A model generated the notes under the pieces. It saw nothing but the letters and a program-made list of their open reading frames with translations, was not told the DNA's origin and made no database searches. Source: an uncultured Schleiferiaceae bacterium (GTDB lineage: Bacteria > Bacteroidota > Bacteroidia > Flavobacteriales > Schleiferiaceae). From it: 64,000 nucleotides of DNA. Shown here piece by piece: positions 27,238 through 36,980 of the stretch (positions are counted from its first letter, which is position 1; every line of letters begins with the position of its first letter). The DNA lies in contig CBFICS010000005.1 in the NCBI GenBank assembly GCA_965661055.1, positions 45,766 to 109,765 of the forward strand. The letters run 5' to 3'. The position numbers and the translations under genes are program-made.

Positions 27238-29061
27238 TTATTTTTCTGAACTGAATTGCATTTCATAAAGGTTGTAATAAGCTCCTTTTTTGGCAAGCAG
27301 TTCTTCATGTCCGCCGACCTCAACTACCCTACCCTTGTCAAGAACTACAATCTTGTCGGCCTTTTGAATGGTAGCAAGCCTATGGGCAATAATAATCGAG
27401 GTCCTATTTTCAGTCAACACATCAATGGCGTTTTGAATAAGTTCTTCGGTATGATGATCAATAGAACTCGTGGCTTCATCTAAAATGAGAATGCTTGGAT
27501 TGGTAACATAGGCTCTTAAAAAAGCCAACAATTGCCTTTGTCCCGCAGAAAGCATTCCCCCTCTTTCTTTGACGTCATAATCGTAACCATCAGGTAGATC
27601 ACTGATAAAAGAATCAACGCCTATCACTTCGGCAGCACTTTTTACCTCATCAAAATCAATATCTTCTTTGAGAGTAATGTTATTATAAATAGAGTCAGAG
27701 AACAAGAAAACATCTTGTAAGACCAATGCAAAATGAGATCTCAGATTTTCAAGATCTAGTGTTGAAATATCTTTTCCATCGAGTAGAATTTTTCCACTTT
27801 GATGGTGGTAAAATCGAAGCAGCAAACTAATAATGGTAGATTTTCCAGCTCCGGTAGCACCTACTATTGCAAGCGTTTGACCTGGCTCCACATCAAAGCT
27901 TACGCCTTTTAAGATGGGGTCATCAGGATTGTATGAAAACTCAACATCCACAAATTCAATTTTACCCTTAACCTCTTCGACTACTCCGTTTGGAGAATCT
28001 TCTACATCTGACGAATTCTCAAGTAATTTAAACACACGCTCGGAAGCTACCATTCCCATTTGCAATGTATTGAAACGATCGGCCAATTGACGCAGTGGCC
28101 TGTAAAGCATATTTATGAAAATAATGATGGAGGTAATATCACCCAAAGTAATGAGCAAGTCTTCAGGAGGCAAGTTCCAATCCATGAGACTGTAAAACAA
28201 TCTTTTTCCACTTAGCGATTCTGATTGTTGCACCGCGGCAACCCCTCCAAACCAAACAGCAAGTCCTATACTAACAGCACTTAGGACCTCAATAACCGGG
28301 AGGAAAATAGAAAAATACCAAATAGACCTAATATTGGCTTGCTTGTGCTTTTCATTAATTTCAGAAAACTTCTTATACTCTGCCTGTTCCCTATTAAAAA
28401 GTTGAACGACATTCATTCCTACAATATGCTCTTGAACAAAAGCATTCAGGGCAGCTACTTGATTTCTTACATCGCTAAAGGTTTTTTTTATGGCCTTTTG
28501 AAACCAGCGAGTCGCTACATAAAGCAACGGAACTACAGACAATGAGATTAAAACCAATTTATAATCAAAGGCCCAAAACATAACGAGCACTATCACGGCG
28601 ATTTTAAACAAGTCTCCAAAAATGACCAACAGGCCTTGAGAAAAAATTTCAGCAATAGTTTCTATATCACTAACCGCTCTTGTAACAAGGGTACCGATGG
28701 GAGTTTTATCAAAGAACGAAAGCTTAAAACGCAATAGGTGCTTGTAGAGCTGTACACGTATATCTCGAATAATACTCTGACCTAAATAATTGGCCGCATA
28801 AGTAAAGAAAAACTGCACAATAGCTTCTAAAACCAGAAGTGCCACCATGATCATGGTTATCATAAACAGACCTTCTTTGTTAAAGTCTGCTATATAATCA
28901 TCAATGGCAATTTTTATCAATAACGGCCTTACGGTTGCAAGCGCCCCAATTAAGAGAGTGGTAAACAATGCCGCATAGAATATTGATCTGTAAGGCTTCA
29001 AGTACCCAATAACCTTTTTCAATAAAGAAAAGTCAAACGCTTTTCCGCTTACATCAGACAT
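27238..29061 (-). CDS. ABC transporter permease/ATPase fusion (MsbA/multidrug exporter type)
   Basis: Six-TM N-terminal domain, Walker A GATGAGKST, signature LSAGQRQ, Walker B ILILDEATS. Confidence 0.9.
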   Translation of the reverse strand: MSDVSGKAFDFSLLKKVIGYLKPYRSIFYAALFTTLLIGALATVRPLLIKIAIDDYIADFNKEGLFMITMIMVALLVLEAIVQFFFTYAANYLGQSIIRDIRVQLYKHLLRFKLSFFDKTPIGTLVTRAVSDIETIAEIFSQGLLVIFGDLFKIAVIVLVMFWAFDYKLVLISLSVVPLLYVATRWFQKAIKKTFSDVRNQVAALNAFVQEHIVGMNVVQLFNREQAEYKKFSEINEKHKQANIRSIWYFSIFLPVIEVLSAVSIGLAVWFGGVAAVQQSESLSGKRLFYSLMDWNLPPEDLLITLGDITSIIIFINMLYRPLRQLADRFNTLQMGMVASERVFKLLENSSDVEDSPNGVVEEVKGKIEFVDVEFSYNPDDPILKGVSFDVEPGQTLAIVGATGAGKSTIISLLLRFYHHQSGKILLDGKDISTLDLENLRSHFALVLQDVFLFSDSIYNNITLKEDIDFDEVKSAAEVIGVDSFISDLPDGYDYDVKERGGMLSAGQRQLLAFLRAYVTNPSILILDEATSSIDHHTEELIQNAIDVLTENRTSIIIAHRLATIQKADKIVVLDKGRVVEVGGHEELLAKKGAYYNLYEMQFSSEK

Positions 29062-29065
29062 ATAA

Positions 29066-29827
29066 TTATTTTACAATTCCCTCAGGATACTCCACTAAAT
29101 CAAGGTATAAACCACAGGCTGGAGCTGATACACCAGCATCTGACCTTTCTCCTTCAGAAATAATTTTTTTAAACTCTTCGAAATTCATTTTCCCTAACCC
29201 TACCTCTACAAGGGTGCCAACAATGGCCCGTACCATATTTCGCAAAAACCGATCTGCTTGAATGGTAAAAACCAATTGACCGCCAATTTCTTCCCATTGG
29301 GCATGCTCAACGTGACACAAAGTAGTTTTTGATTGATGACCTGCCTTAGCAAAAGCCTTAAAATCTTCAATGGCCAACAAAAGATTAGCCGCTTTGTTCA
29401 TCAATTGTAAATCAAGTTTTTTTGAAAAGTACCACGATTTATCAATCTGAAAAGGATTCTTCTGGGTGTCAATGTAATACCTATAGCCCCTCTTTACCGC
29501 GCTAAACCTAGCATGGTCATTTGGCCCCACCAAAAATATTTTCTGGATAGCAATAGTTGTTGGCAAAAATTTATTCATCCGGTAGGTCAATTGCTCTAAT
29601 GATTGAATTTCACGACTTACCTCAAAGTGAGCAAACATTTCTTTTGCGTGTACGCCCGTATCAGTCCTACCGGCCCCTACTGTATAAACTTCTTCGCGAA
29701 GCATCGTGGTTAGAGAGGTGTTCAACGTTTCTTGTACACTATTGGCATTGGGCTGTATTTGCCAACCATGAAATGAGGTTCCTTCAAAAGAAAGTTGAAT
29801 AAAGTACCTAAACCTAACTGGCTCCAT
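29066..29827 (-). CDS. truA: tRNA pseudouridine(38-40) synthase
   Basis: Catalytic motif GAGRTDTGVHA and RFLRNMVR. Confidence 0.9.
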   Translation of the reverse strand: MEPVRFRYFIQLSFEGTSFHGWQIQPNANSVQETLNTSLTTMLREEVYTVGAGRTDTGVHAKEMFAHFEVSREIQSLEQLTYRMNKFLPTTIAIQKIFLVGPNDHARFSAVKRGYRYYIDTQKNPFQIDKSWYFSKKLDLQLMNKAANLLLAIEDFKAFAKAGHQSKTTLCHVEHAQWEEIGGQLVFTIQADRFLRNMVRAIVGTLVEVGLGKMNFEEFKKIISEGERSDAGVSAPACGLYLDLVEYPEGIVK

Positions 29828-29892
29828 AAATTATATTCTAATTTTACATTCCCTTTCGGGGGAAATAAAAGTACAAAGCTAAACGAATTACC

Positions 29893-30387
29893 TTGAAACG
29901 CATTTTATTAATTTCAGATACGCATAGTCACATCGATGAAGCCATCCTAAAGTTTGTAGATAGCGTTGACGAAGTTTGGCATGCAGGAGATATAGGCGAC
30001 CTCTCTGTAACCGATTCAATTGCCAAGAAGAAACCCCTCAAAGCAGTTTACGGAAACATTGACAATACTAAAATAAGATCTGAATTCCCCAAAGACTTAT
30101 TATTTGAAGAGCAAGGCGTAAAGGTCTTCATAACTCACATTGGAGGTTACCCTCCTAAATACAATCCGTATAGTCTTAGAATCATTGAAGCTGAAAAGCC
30201 ACAATTATTTATTTGTGGACATAGTCATATTACCAAGGTTATGTTTGACTCTGCAAAAGACTGTCTACATATGAACCCTGGTGCTGCCGGACATCATGGT
30301 TTCCATAAAATCAGAACTATGTTGCGATTTTCTTTAGACCAAGGAAAAGTTGATAACCTTGAGGTTATTGAGTTAGGAAAGCGGTAA
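29893..30387 (+). CDS. Metallophosphoesterase, YfcE/MJ0936 family
   Basis: Motifs LISDTHSH, HAGD, GNID, CGHSH. TTG start. Confidence 0.8.
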   Translation: MKRILLISDTHSHIDEAILKFVDSVDEVWHAGDIGDLSVTDSIAKKKPLKAVYGNIDNTKIRSEFPKDLLFEEQGVKVFITHIGGYPPKYNPYSLRIIEAEKPQLFICGHSHITKVMFDSAKDCLHMNPGAAGHHGFHKIRTMLRFSLDQGKVDNLEVIELGKR

Positions 30388-30389
30388 TT

Positions 30390-30794
30390 CTATCTAATTC
30401 TATCCGCAGAGCGAATTAACTCTTCGTCCTTAATGATTCCACGATTTGCTAAAGACATTAACACCACTAGGACTAATGGTGACATCAAGCTGTATCCAAA
30501 ATAAATGGTGTCATCAGATTTCAACGTGATGTACTCATAAAGCATAAAACCAAATACCCCAAAGGATATAAAGATTACCAGACGGTTTAAAACAACTTGT
30601 AACTTTCTTTTCTTGAAATTAAATACGTTGGCCAAAACAATCCCTAAAGAAAGCCCTAATCCAAATAAGTACACCGGATTATCAGCGACCATAAAAGGCT
30701 CCTCTCCTATTAGCCACATGGGGAAGTATGCCATTAGAATTCCTACAACTACCACTGCAAGAACCATATAAAGAGTTTGAATTCTTTGAATCAT
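30390..30794 (-). CDS. DUF4293-like membrane protein
   Basis: Four TM segments. N-terminus MIQRIQTLYMVLA is characteristic of this Bacteroidota family. Confidence 0.6.
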   Translation of the reverse strand: MIQRIQTLYMVLAVVVVGILMAYFPMWLIGEEPFMVADNPVYLFGLGLSLGIVLANVFNFKKRKLQVVLNRLVIFISFGVFGFMLYEYITLKSDDTIYFGYSLMSPLVLVVLMSLANRGIIKDEELIRSADRIR

Positions 30795-30802
30795 TGAGTA
30801 TA

Positions 30803-30810
30803 TAATTTTG
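30803..30810 (+). promoter_or_regulatory. Candidate -7 box TAATTTTG upstream of rho
   Basis: Exact TAnnTTTG 157 nt upstream of the rho ATG. This would give a leader of about 150 nt. Confidence 0.25.
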
Positions 30811-30966
30811 GCAAAAATGGATATTTTTTATTAAAAAAAGATATAACGAGAGGTTTTCTTTGTAATATTGCATACACACATTACTACTCAATCAAATCCG
30901 TTTCAGGACATTTCGTTTATAAAACGTTTATAGTTAGCCAAAAAATAAATTCTAATACAATATTTC

Positions 30967-32523
30967 ATGTATTCGGAAACCGAATTAAAATCCATGAAGC
31001 TCCCTGAGCTCAAGGAGTTGGGACAGTCATTAAACATTCCTAAAGCACGTTACTTGAATAAAGCCTCACTAGTTGAAGCTATTACAGGTTTAAATTCTTC
31101 TTCTTCTTCAAAAGCTGAAGAAAAGATTTCTCAAGAACCAAAGCCAAAAAGAGAAAGAGTGGCAAAAGCTCCTTCAAACCAAGAAGGAAAAGATCACACA
31201 GACCACAAAGGTAGAAGTGACAACCACCCTTCTCAACCAAAAAACTCAGGTCAAAAGAACCATGAGAACCAAGAGAACAAGCAAAACCAACCTCAAAGAA
31301 AGCAAAGTTCTCAACCAAACCACTCCAACCAAAATCAAAACAAAAATCCTCAACATAAAAACAATCCATATCATAAACCCAAAGATCCTAGAGATAGAGA
31401 CTTTGAGTTTGATGGAATTATTTTAAGCGAGGGTGTTTTAGAAATAATGCCTGATGGGTATGGATTTTTAAGGTCTTCAGATTACAATTACCTAAACTCT
31501 CCTGACGATGTTTATGTAAGTCAGTCACAAATTAAATTATTTGGACTGAAGACTGGTGACAACGTTATTGGACAAGTAAGACCTCCAAAAGAAGGAGAAA
31601 AGTATTTTCCACTTGTAAAGGTAGAAGAGATTAACGGAAGAGCTCCTGATTTTGTTAGAGACCGCGTTGCCTTTGAGCACCTAACTCCCCTTTTCCCACA
31701 AGAAAAGTTTGATATTACTGGAACCAAAGGAACAACCTCCACTAGAATTATTGATCTATTTACCCCTATTGGTAAAGGTCAAAGGGGATTGATTGTAGCG
31801 CAGCCAAAAACAGGTAAAACCACCTTGTTAAAAGAAGTAGCTAACGCTATTGCTGCCAATCACCCAGAGGCGTACATGATTATTTTATTAATTGATGAGC
31901 GTCCTGAAGAGGTTACAGATATGTCTAGATCGGTAAACGCCGAAGTTGTTGCTTCAACTTTTGACGAACCTGCAGAAAGACATGTACGCGTAGCCAATAT
32001 CGTTTTAGAAAAGGCCAAAAGAATGGTTGAATGTGGACATGATGTAATCATATTACTAGACTCAATCACAAGGTTGGCTAGAGCTTACAACACAGTTTCT
32101 CCTGCATCCGGTAAAGTTCTTTCCGGGGGTGTTGATGCCAATGCATTACACAAACCAAAAAGGTTCTTTGGTGCAGCTAGAAAGATTGAAAACGGAGGAT
32201 CACTTACCATATTAGCTACCGCTCTTATTGATACCGGTTCTAAAATGGATGAAGTTATTTTTGAAGAATTCAAGGGTACTGGTAACATGGAAATGCAATT
32301 GGATAGAAAAATTGCTAACCGTAGAATTTATCCAGCCATTGATCTTACGGCATCTAGTACTAGACGTGAAGATTTACTTCTTGACAAAGATGTTCTCAAC
32401 AGAATGTGGATCTTGAGAAAATACCTTGCAGATATGAACCCTGTCGAAGCGATGGAATTTATTCAGAATAGAATTTCAAGTACAATGAGCAACGAAGAGT
32501 TTTTAATCAGCATGAATGATTAA
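30967..32523 (+). CDS. rho: Transcription termination factor Rho with a low-complexity N-terminal insertion
   Basis: Rho_N ([16 protein letters not shown]), RNA-binding domain ([14 protein letters not shown]), Walker [13 protein letters not shown]-terminus RRIYPAID. Confidence 0.95.
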   Translation: MYSETELKSMKLPELKELGQSLNIPKARYLNKASLVEAITGLNSSSSSKAEEKISQEPKPKRERVAKAPSNQEGKDHTDHKGRSDNHPSQPKNSGQKNHENQENKQNQPQRKQSSQPNHSNQNQNKNPQHKNNPYHKPKDPRDRDFEFDGIILSEGVLEIMPDGYGFLRSSDYNYLNSPDDVYVSQSQIKLFGLKTGDNVIGQVRPPKEGEKYFPLVKVEEINGRAPDFVRDRVAFEHLTPLFPQEKFDITGTKGTTSTRIIDLFTPIGKGQRGLIVAQPKTGKTTLLKEVANAIAANHPEAYMIILLIDERPEEVTDMSRSVNAEVVASTFDEPAERHVRVANIVLEKAKRMVECGHDVIILLDSITRLARAYNTVSPASGKVLSGGVDANALHKPKRFFGAARKIENGGSLTILATALIDTGSKMDEVIFEEFKGTGNMEMQLDRKIANRRIYPAIDLTASSTRREDLLLDKDVLNRMWILRKYLADMNPVEAMEFIQNRISSTMSNEEFLISMND

Positions 32524-32525
32524 AC

Positions 32526-32557
32526 CAAAAAAGCCCTGCGGTCTGCAGGGCTTTTTT
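32526..32557. terminator. Rho-independent terminator after rho
   Basis: AGCCCTGC / GCAGGGCT stem, 5-nt loop, T6 run, A-run upstream. Overlaps the stop of the convergent MFS gene. Confidence 0.8.
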
Positions 32558-33731
32558 ATTTCAATTTTCTTTTGACTAGATAAAAACTAAGCCCGGTGGT
32601 TAAGGCCATCAACACTCCAGAACCTACATACGGCAGATGGTAGGATACACCGTAAAGTGGACCTCCAATTAACGGCCCAATAAACCTTGCCAGCGAACCA
32701 AAACTTTGATTTATACCCAGGTATTTTCCCTGCTCCTTTTCGGTAGCCACTTTTGACAAAAGAGTATTTATGGTGGGCGTTAAAAAGGCCACTCCAAAGC
32801 TGATAAAAACTAAGGTTATTAATTCATAGGGGATAAAGTCATTTACTGGAACCCATGGCATGGAAGTAAGTCCAATAAACATTAAGACATTCCCAATCAC
32901 CAACATTCTTTTTTCACCTAGTTTTTTATTGATCTTTCCGATAAGACCGCCTTGAATAACCACCGCCAAAATTCCAATAAAGGCAAACACATACCCAATT
33001 TCAGCCTCAGACAACAAATAAATCTCTTTCCACATAAGTGATGCCGTTACTTGCATAAGGCTAAACCCTACAATAAAGACAAAATTAATTACCAATAATT
33101 GCCTAATAATATCTTTGTTAAAGCCATCAATTAAGTCACCAAAAGGGTTGGGAATAATTCTTGAATTTGGGTTTTTCTCGGCAATACTTTCCGGTAAAAA
33201 GAAATAAGCGGAAACCAGGTTTACAAGACAGAAAGCCACCGCGGTAAACCCAACATACTCTAAACCAAAATGCTCTTTAACATACCCACCTATTAAAGGA
33301 CCAAATATAAAACCCATACCAAAGGCGGCGCCGATAATTCCAAATGCTTTAGTTCGGTTTTCGGGGGTGGTTACATCAGAAATATACGCTTGAGCAGCAC
33401 TTAAGTTGGCAGAACCAAACCCTGCTAAAAGTCTAGCAAAAATCAACAAAGCTATGGTTGCTGCTTGCGAAAAAATAATATAGGAAATAGCCATAGTGGC
33501 TATGCTGGTCAATATTATGGGCCTACGCCCAAACCTATCACTTAATCCTCCCCAAAAGGAAGCGAAAAAGAATTGCATCAGTGAGAACGCTCCAACAATA
33601 ATTCCTATAACCAATCCACTTGCGCCCAATTCTTTAGCATAAATAGGTAAAATAGGAATGATTAATCCAAAACCTAAAAGGTCAATAAAGACCGTGAGAA
33701 AAAGGACAAAAAGAGGTGAGCTTTTTTTCAT
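32556..33731 (-). CDS. MFS transporter (Tet/TCR-like efflux family)
   Basis: Twelve-TM profile, N-terminus FLTVFIDLLGFGLIIPILP, motif A-like GGLSDRFGRRP. Confidence 0.85.
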   Translation of the reverse strand: MKKSSPLFVLFLTVFIDLLGFGLIIPILPIYAKELGASGLVIGIIVGAFSLMQFFFASFWGGLSDRFGRRPIILTSIATMAISYIIFSQAATIALLIFARLLAGFGSANLSAAQAYISDVTTPENRTKAFGIIGAAFGMGFIFGPLIGGYVKEHFGLEYVGFTAVAFCLVNLVSAYFFLPESIAEKNPNSRIIPNPFGDLIDGFNKDIIRQLLVINFVFIVGFSLMQVTASLMWKEIYLLSEAEIGYVFAFIGILAVVIQGGLIGKINKKLGEKRMLVIGNVLMFIGLTSMPWVPVNDFIPYELITLVFISFGVAFLTPTINTLLSKVATEKEQGKYLGINQSFGSLARFIGPLIGGPLYGVSYHLPYVGSGVLMALTTGLSFYLVKRKLK

Positions 33732-33735
33732 TGTC

Positions 33736-34650
33736 CTAATTTACATTAATTACCAAACCGTCTAAACTTAGTTGAACGTTTTCGAAAACCGTTTTGGCTT
33801 CTTTAGAAAATTCACTCGGATTTTTATACCTAACAGAATAATGCCCCAATAACAACTTTTTAGCAGAAGCATTTTTGGCCATTTTAGCGGCATCTTTTGC
33901 TGTTGAATGTTTAGTTTTCTCAGCCAATTCAGACTCTGTATTCAAAAAAGTAGATTCGTGATACAGAAGGTCAACCCCCTTAATAAACGAAGCATATTGA
34001 TCAGAATAGGCTGTGTCAGAGAAGAACGCATAAGAATGAGAAGGAGGACTTGGCAAAGTAAGTTCAGAGTTTGGAATTATCTCACCATTTTCTAGGGTAA
34101 AGTCTGCTCCTTCCTTAATCTTGTTTCTTAGGTATACAGGAATATTATAATCATTGCAAACGCGGCCATTGAGCGTTCTCGGTTTTTTCTTTTCTACAAA
34201 GTAAAATCCTTGGGTAGCAATAGAATGGTTTAGGGGGATGCTATAAACCTAAACCATTTTATCTTCATAAATACGCAGTGGCTCTGTAATTTTGACCTCA
34301 TTAAAAACCAATGGGTAATTGAGTTTTGTACCCGAAACCCTAAGTTGAAACTCTATGAGTTTTCTTAAGTTTTGAGGACAATGAACAGTAAGCGGTTTTT
34401 TTCTAGCTAAAAGGTGAAAGCTTGACAACAGACCAATTAAACCAAAGTAATGGTCACCGTGTAAATGGCTGATGAAAATATTGTCGATTTTATTAAACTT
34501 CACCTTGTTCTTTCTCAAGGCAACTTGGGTACCCTCACCGCAGTCTATCAAAAAAAACCGCTCAGCCATTTGAAGGACTTGAGCGGTTGGATTTTGAATG
34601 CTTGTGGGCGTAGCCGCACCACAACCTAATATTGTTAATTTAAAAGGCAT
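33736..34650 (-). pseudogene. rnz: Ribonuclease Z interrupted by one in-frame TAG (34249..34251)
   Basis: Track ORFs 34249..34650 (HLHGDH motif) and 33736..34056 are in the same frame. The 192 nt between them translate without stops. Total is 305 codons. Confidence 0.8.
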
Positions 34651-35411
34651 TATTTTACCATAAGTCGTCCAGATCTAGTGTACTCACCAATGGTTAAAGA
34701 ATACAAATAAAGACCAGGAGCCATATTTTCTCTCTGAATAAAAATTTCATTTTCTCCACCCACCGAAACTCCTTGGTAAATCTTTGCTTGTCTACCTGTA
34801 ATATCAAGAATTTTCAAGGTATACTTTGAATTTTCTGAAGCTCTGTAAGTAATCGATGTTTTATCTGTCATTGGATTTGGATGAATTGAAAATGAGTTAT
34901 CAATAATGTCATTTTCATTCACAGAGACCGGACCATTGATAGAGATTTTCATGTAAAAATTAAAAACACCAGACATTTGACCAAAGCCAGGAACTGTAGC
35001 ATAACCTGTTGCTTGAACAGTAACATTATGAGTTCCCATTTCGCCAGTGGTTGGAGTTCCCGTAAAATTCACACAACCATTATCACCCCCTATCCAAAGG
35101 CAATCAGAGTTATCACATGCATAACTCAGTGATGCGGGCAGACCTGAGAACCCTGTGATTTTCATAGAATCTATAGTTGCAGGGATGGTAAAGCCCATGG
35201 TATCAATCATTGTATCGGCAGGAACCACTAATTGTGCTGATTCATCGTAATACGAAGCTGCAGCTCCATCTGGCATTACTACAACAGAATCTGGAGTGGT
35301 CGACCCTGGAGAGTAAATTCCAGGTTGAGTAAGTGCGGTATTAATGGTGCATTGACCCAAGCCAAGGTAACCTATTAATATTCCTAATAGAAGAAAGTAG
35401 TTTTTTTTCAT
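34650..35411 (-). CDS. Secreted protein with T9SS type A (Por) C-terminal sorting domain
   Basis: Signal peptide. C-terminus SIHPNPMTDKTSITY...LKILDITGRQ...GLYLYSLTIGEYTRSGRLMVK. Its stop overlaps the rnz start by 1 nt (TAATG). Confidence 0.75.
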   Translation of the reverse strand: MKKNYFLLLGILIGYLGLGQCTINTALTQPGIYSPGSTTPDSVVVMPDGAAASYYDESAQLVVPADTMIDTMGFTIPATIDSMKITGFSGLPASLSYACDNSDCLWIGGDNGCVNFTGTPTTGEMGTHNVTVQATGYATVPGFGQMSGVFNFYMKISINGPVSVNENDIIDNSFSIHPNPMTDKTSITYRASENSKYTLKILDITGRQAKIYQGVSVGGENEIFIQRENMAPGLYLYSLTIGEYTRSGRLMVK

Positions 35412-35454
35412 GCGCTTAGTGGGGTTGGTTTTTTTAAAGGTAAAAATTAATTTT

Positions 35455-36402
35455 TTATTGATCTTTTAATTTTGTCTTTGATGCGAGAAGATACATTACA
35501 GCCATTCTAACGGCTACTCCGTTTTCAACTTGATTGAGAATAATACTCTGATCAGAGTCAGCTACCTCACTGGTAATTTCTACTCCGCGATTTATTGGTC
35601 CTGGATGCATTACTGTGATTTTTTTATCCAAAGCATTGAGGTGGTCCATGGTCAAACCGTACTGCATGGTATACTCTCTTACACTAGGGAAAAACCTCAT
35701 ATCTTGTCTTTCGTGTTGCACCCTCAACATATTGGCTACATCGCACCACTCTAGAGCAGTTTGCAAATTGTATTCCACTTTTACTCCAAGGGTATGAATA
35801 AACTTAGGGATAAGCGTCGAAGGACCACAAACCATCACTTCAGCACCCAATTTTTGAAGACATAAGATATTAGACACTGCAACTCTAGAGTGCAATATAT
35901 CACCAATAATGGCAATCTTCTTTCCTGCGAAAGCAGCACCGTGATGTTCTCTAATAGAAAAGGCATCTAATAAAGCTTGGGTAGGATGTTCGTGAGCTCC
36001 ATCTCCAGCATTTACAATAACGGAGTTTACGTGTTTTGATAAAAACTCGGGTGCTCCTGGGTTAGGATGCCTCATAACTACCATATCAACCTTCATAGAA
36101 AGTATGTTGTTGACGGTATCTATTAAAGTTTCTCCTTTTTTAACCGAGGAAGATGCTGCTGAAAAATTAATCACGTCTGCACTTAATCTTTTTTCAGCCA
36201 GTTCAAAAGACAATCTTGTGCGTGTACTATTCTCAAAAAACAAGTTTGCTATGGTAATATCTCTTAAAGAAGGCACCTTTTTAATAGGTCTATTGATGAC
36301 TTCTTTAAACTGATCTGCTGTTTTAAAGATCAGTTCAATATCTTCCTTGGTCAAATCTTTAATACCAAGTAGATGATTTACGCTCAACTCACTCATTTCC
36401 AT
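35455..36402 (-). CDS. pyrB: Aspartate carbamoyltransferase catalytic subunit
   Basis: Motifs ENSTRTRLSFE, HPTQALLD, HPGPINRG. Confidence 0.95.
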   Translation of the reverse strand: MEMSELSVNHLLGIKDLTKEDIELIFKTADQFKEVINRPIKKVPSLRDITIANLFFENSTRTRLSFELAEKRLSADVINFSAASSSVKKGETLIDTVNNILSMKVDMVVMRHPNPGAPEFLSKHVNSVIVNAGDGAHEHPTQALLDAFSIREHHGAAFAGKKIAIIGDILHSRVAVSNILCLQKLGAEVMVCGPSTLIPKFIHTLGVKVEYNLQTALEWCDVANMLRVQHERQDMRFFPSVREYTMQYGLTMDHLNALDKKITVMHPGPINRGVEITSEVADSDQSIILNQVENGVAVRMAVMYLLASKTKLKDQ

Positions 36403-36934
36403 TTGATCTGATTATGTACACCCCGCTTTTCTCTTTCTCGCTACCCCAATTTACCTGAACCTTTTCTTCGGCTATTGCATCTACCCTTCTTCCTGAATAA
36501 TCGGGTTGAATGGGTAATTCTCTACTAAACCTCCTGTCAATTAAAACAGCAAGTTCTAATGATTTTGCTCTTCCAAATGAATTGATCGCATCCATTGCAG
36601 AACGAACAGAACGTCCAGTATAGAGCACATCATCCACAAAAATCACATTCTTCTCTTCTACTAAAAAGTCGATTTTTGTTTGATTTGCTGTGAAGGGTTC
36701 ATCTCTTCTTCTAAAATCATCTCTAAAAAAGGTGATATCAAGAGAACCTACTTTAACATTAGAAACTTGGAATTTATCTAGGAGTAACTTGGCAATTTTA
36801 TCAGCAAATTTCACTCCTCTTGGTTGTAGACCAATGATTACTGATTCTGAAAAATCTCCGTGGTTCTCAATGAGCTCACAACACAATCTGTTTAAAATTA
36901 CATCGAGCTCTTTCTGACCAATTAATTCTTTCAT
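36389..36934 (-). CDS. pyrR: Bifunctional pyr operon regulator / uracil phosphoribosyltransferase
   Basis: PRPP-binding motif VIFVDDVLYTGRSVRSA. ATG at 36934 preferred over the TTG at 36955. Confidence 0.9.
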   Translation of the reverse strand: MKELIGQKELDVILNRLCCELIENHGDFSESVIIGLQPRGVKFADKIAKLLLDKFQVSNVKVGSLDITFFRDDFRRRDEPFTANQTKIDFLVEEKNVIFVDDVLYTGRSVRSAMDAINSFGRAKSLELAVLIDRRFSRELPIQPDYSGRRVDAIAEEKVQVNWGSEKEKSGVYIIRSNGNE

Positions 36935-36954
36935 TTTATCATTTTGACTAAACA

Positions 36955-36979
36955 AAAGTACAAATAACTCATGTACTTT
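36955..36979 (-). terminator. Terminator/attenuator-like hairpin between mpl and pyrR
   Basis: On the minus strand, AAAGUACA-9 nt loop-UGUACUUU followed by UGUUU. Lies in the 46-nt mpl-pyrR spacer. Confidence 0.4.
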
Positions 36980-36980
36980 A

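Noticed and set aside
29851-29862. CCCTTTCGGGGG hairpin in the truA/phosphoesterase spacer as a further copy of the 13-mer element
   Set aside because: It shares only the TTTC loop and has a different stem, so it was not counted.
31082-31426. ORFs 31082..31369 (minus strand) and 31217..31426 (plus strand)
   Set aside because: They are artefacts of the low-complexity CAA/AAC-rich DNA that encodes the Rho insertion.
34249-34251. TAG reassigned as a sense codon in this organism
   Set aside because: TAG terminates other well-supported genes here (yihY-like at 9010..9012, SDR at 24931..24933), each at the expected protein end.
33736-34650. Treating 33736..34056 and 34249..34650 as two separate genes
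   Set aside because: They share a frame, the gap translates as contiguous RNase Z sequence, and the 33736..34056 'start' is a TTG inside that sequence. It is one gene with one TAG.
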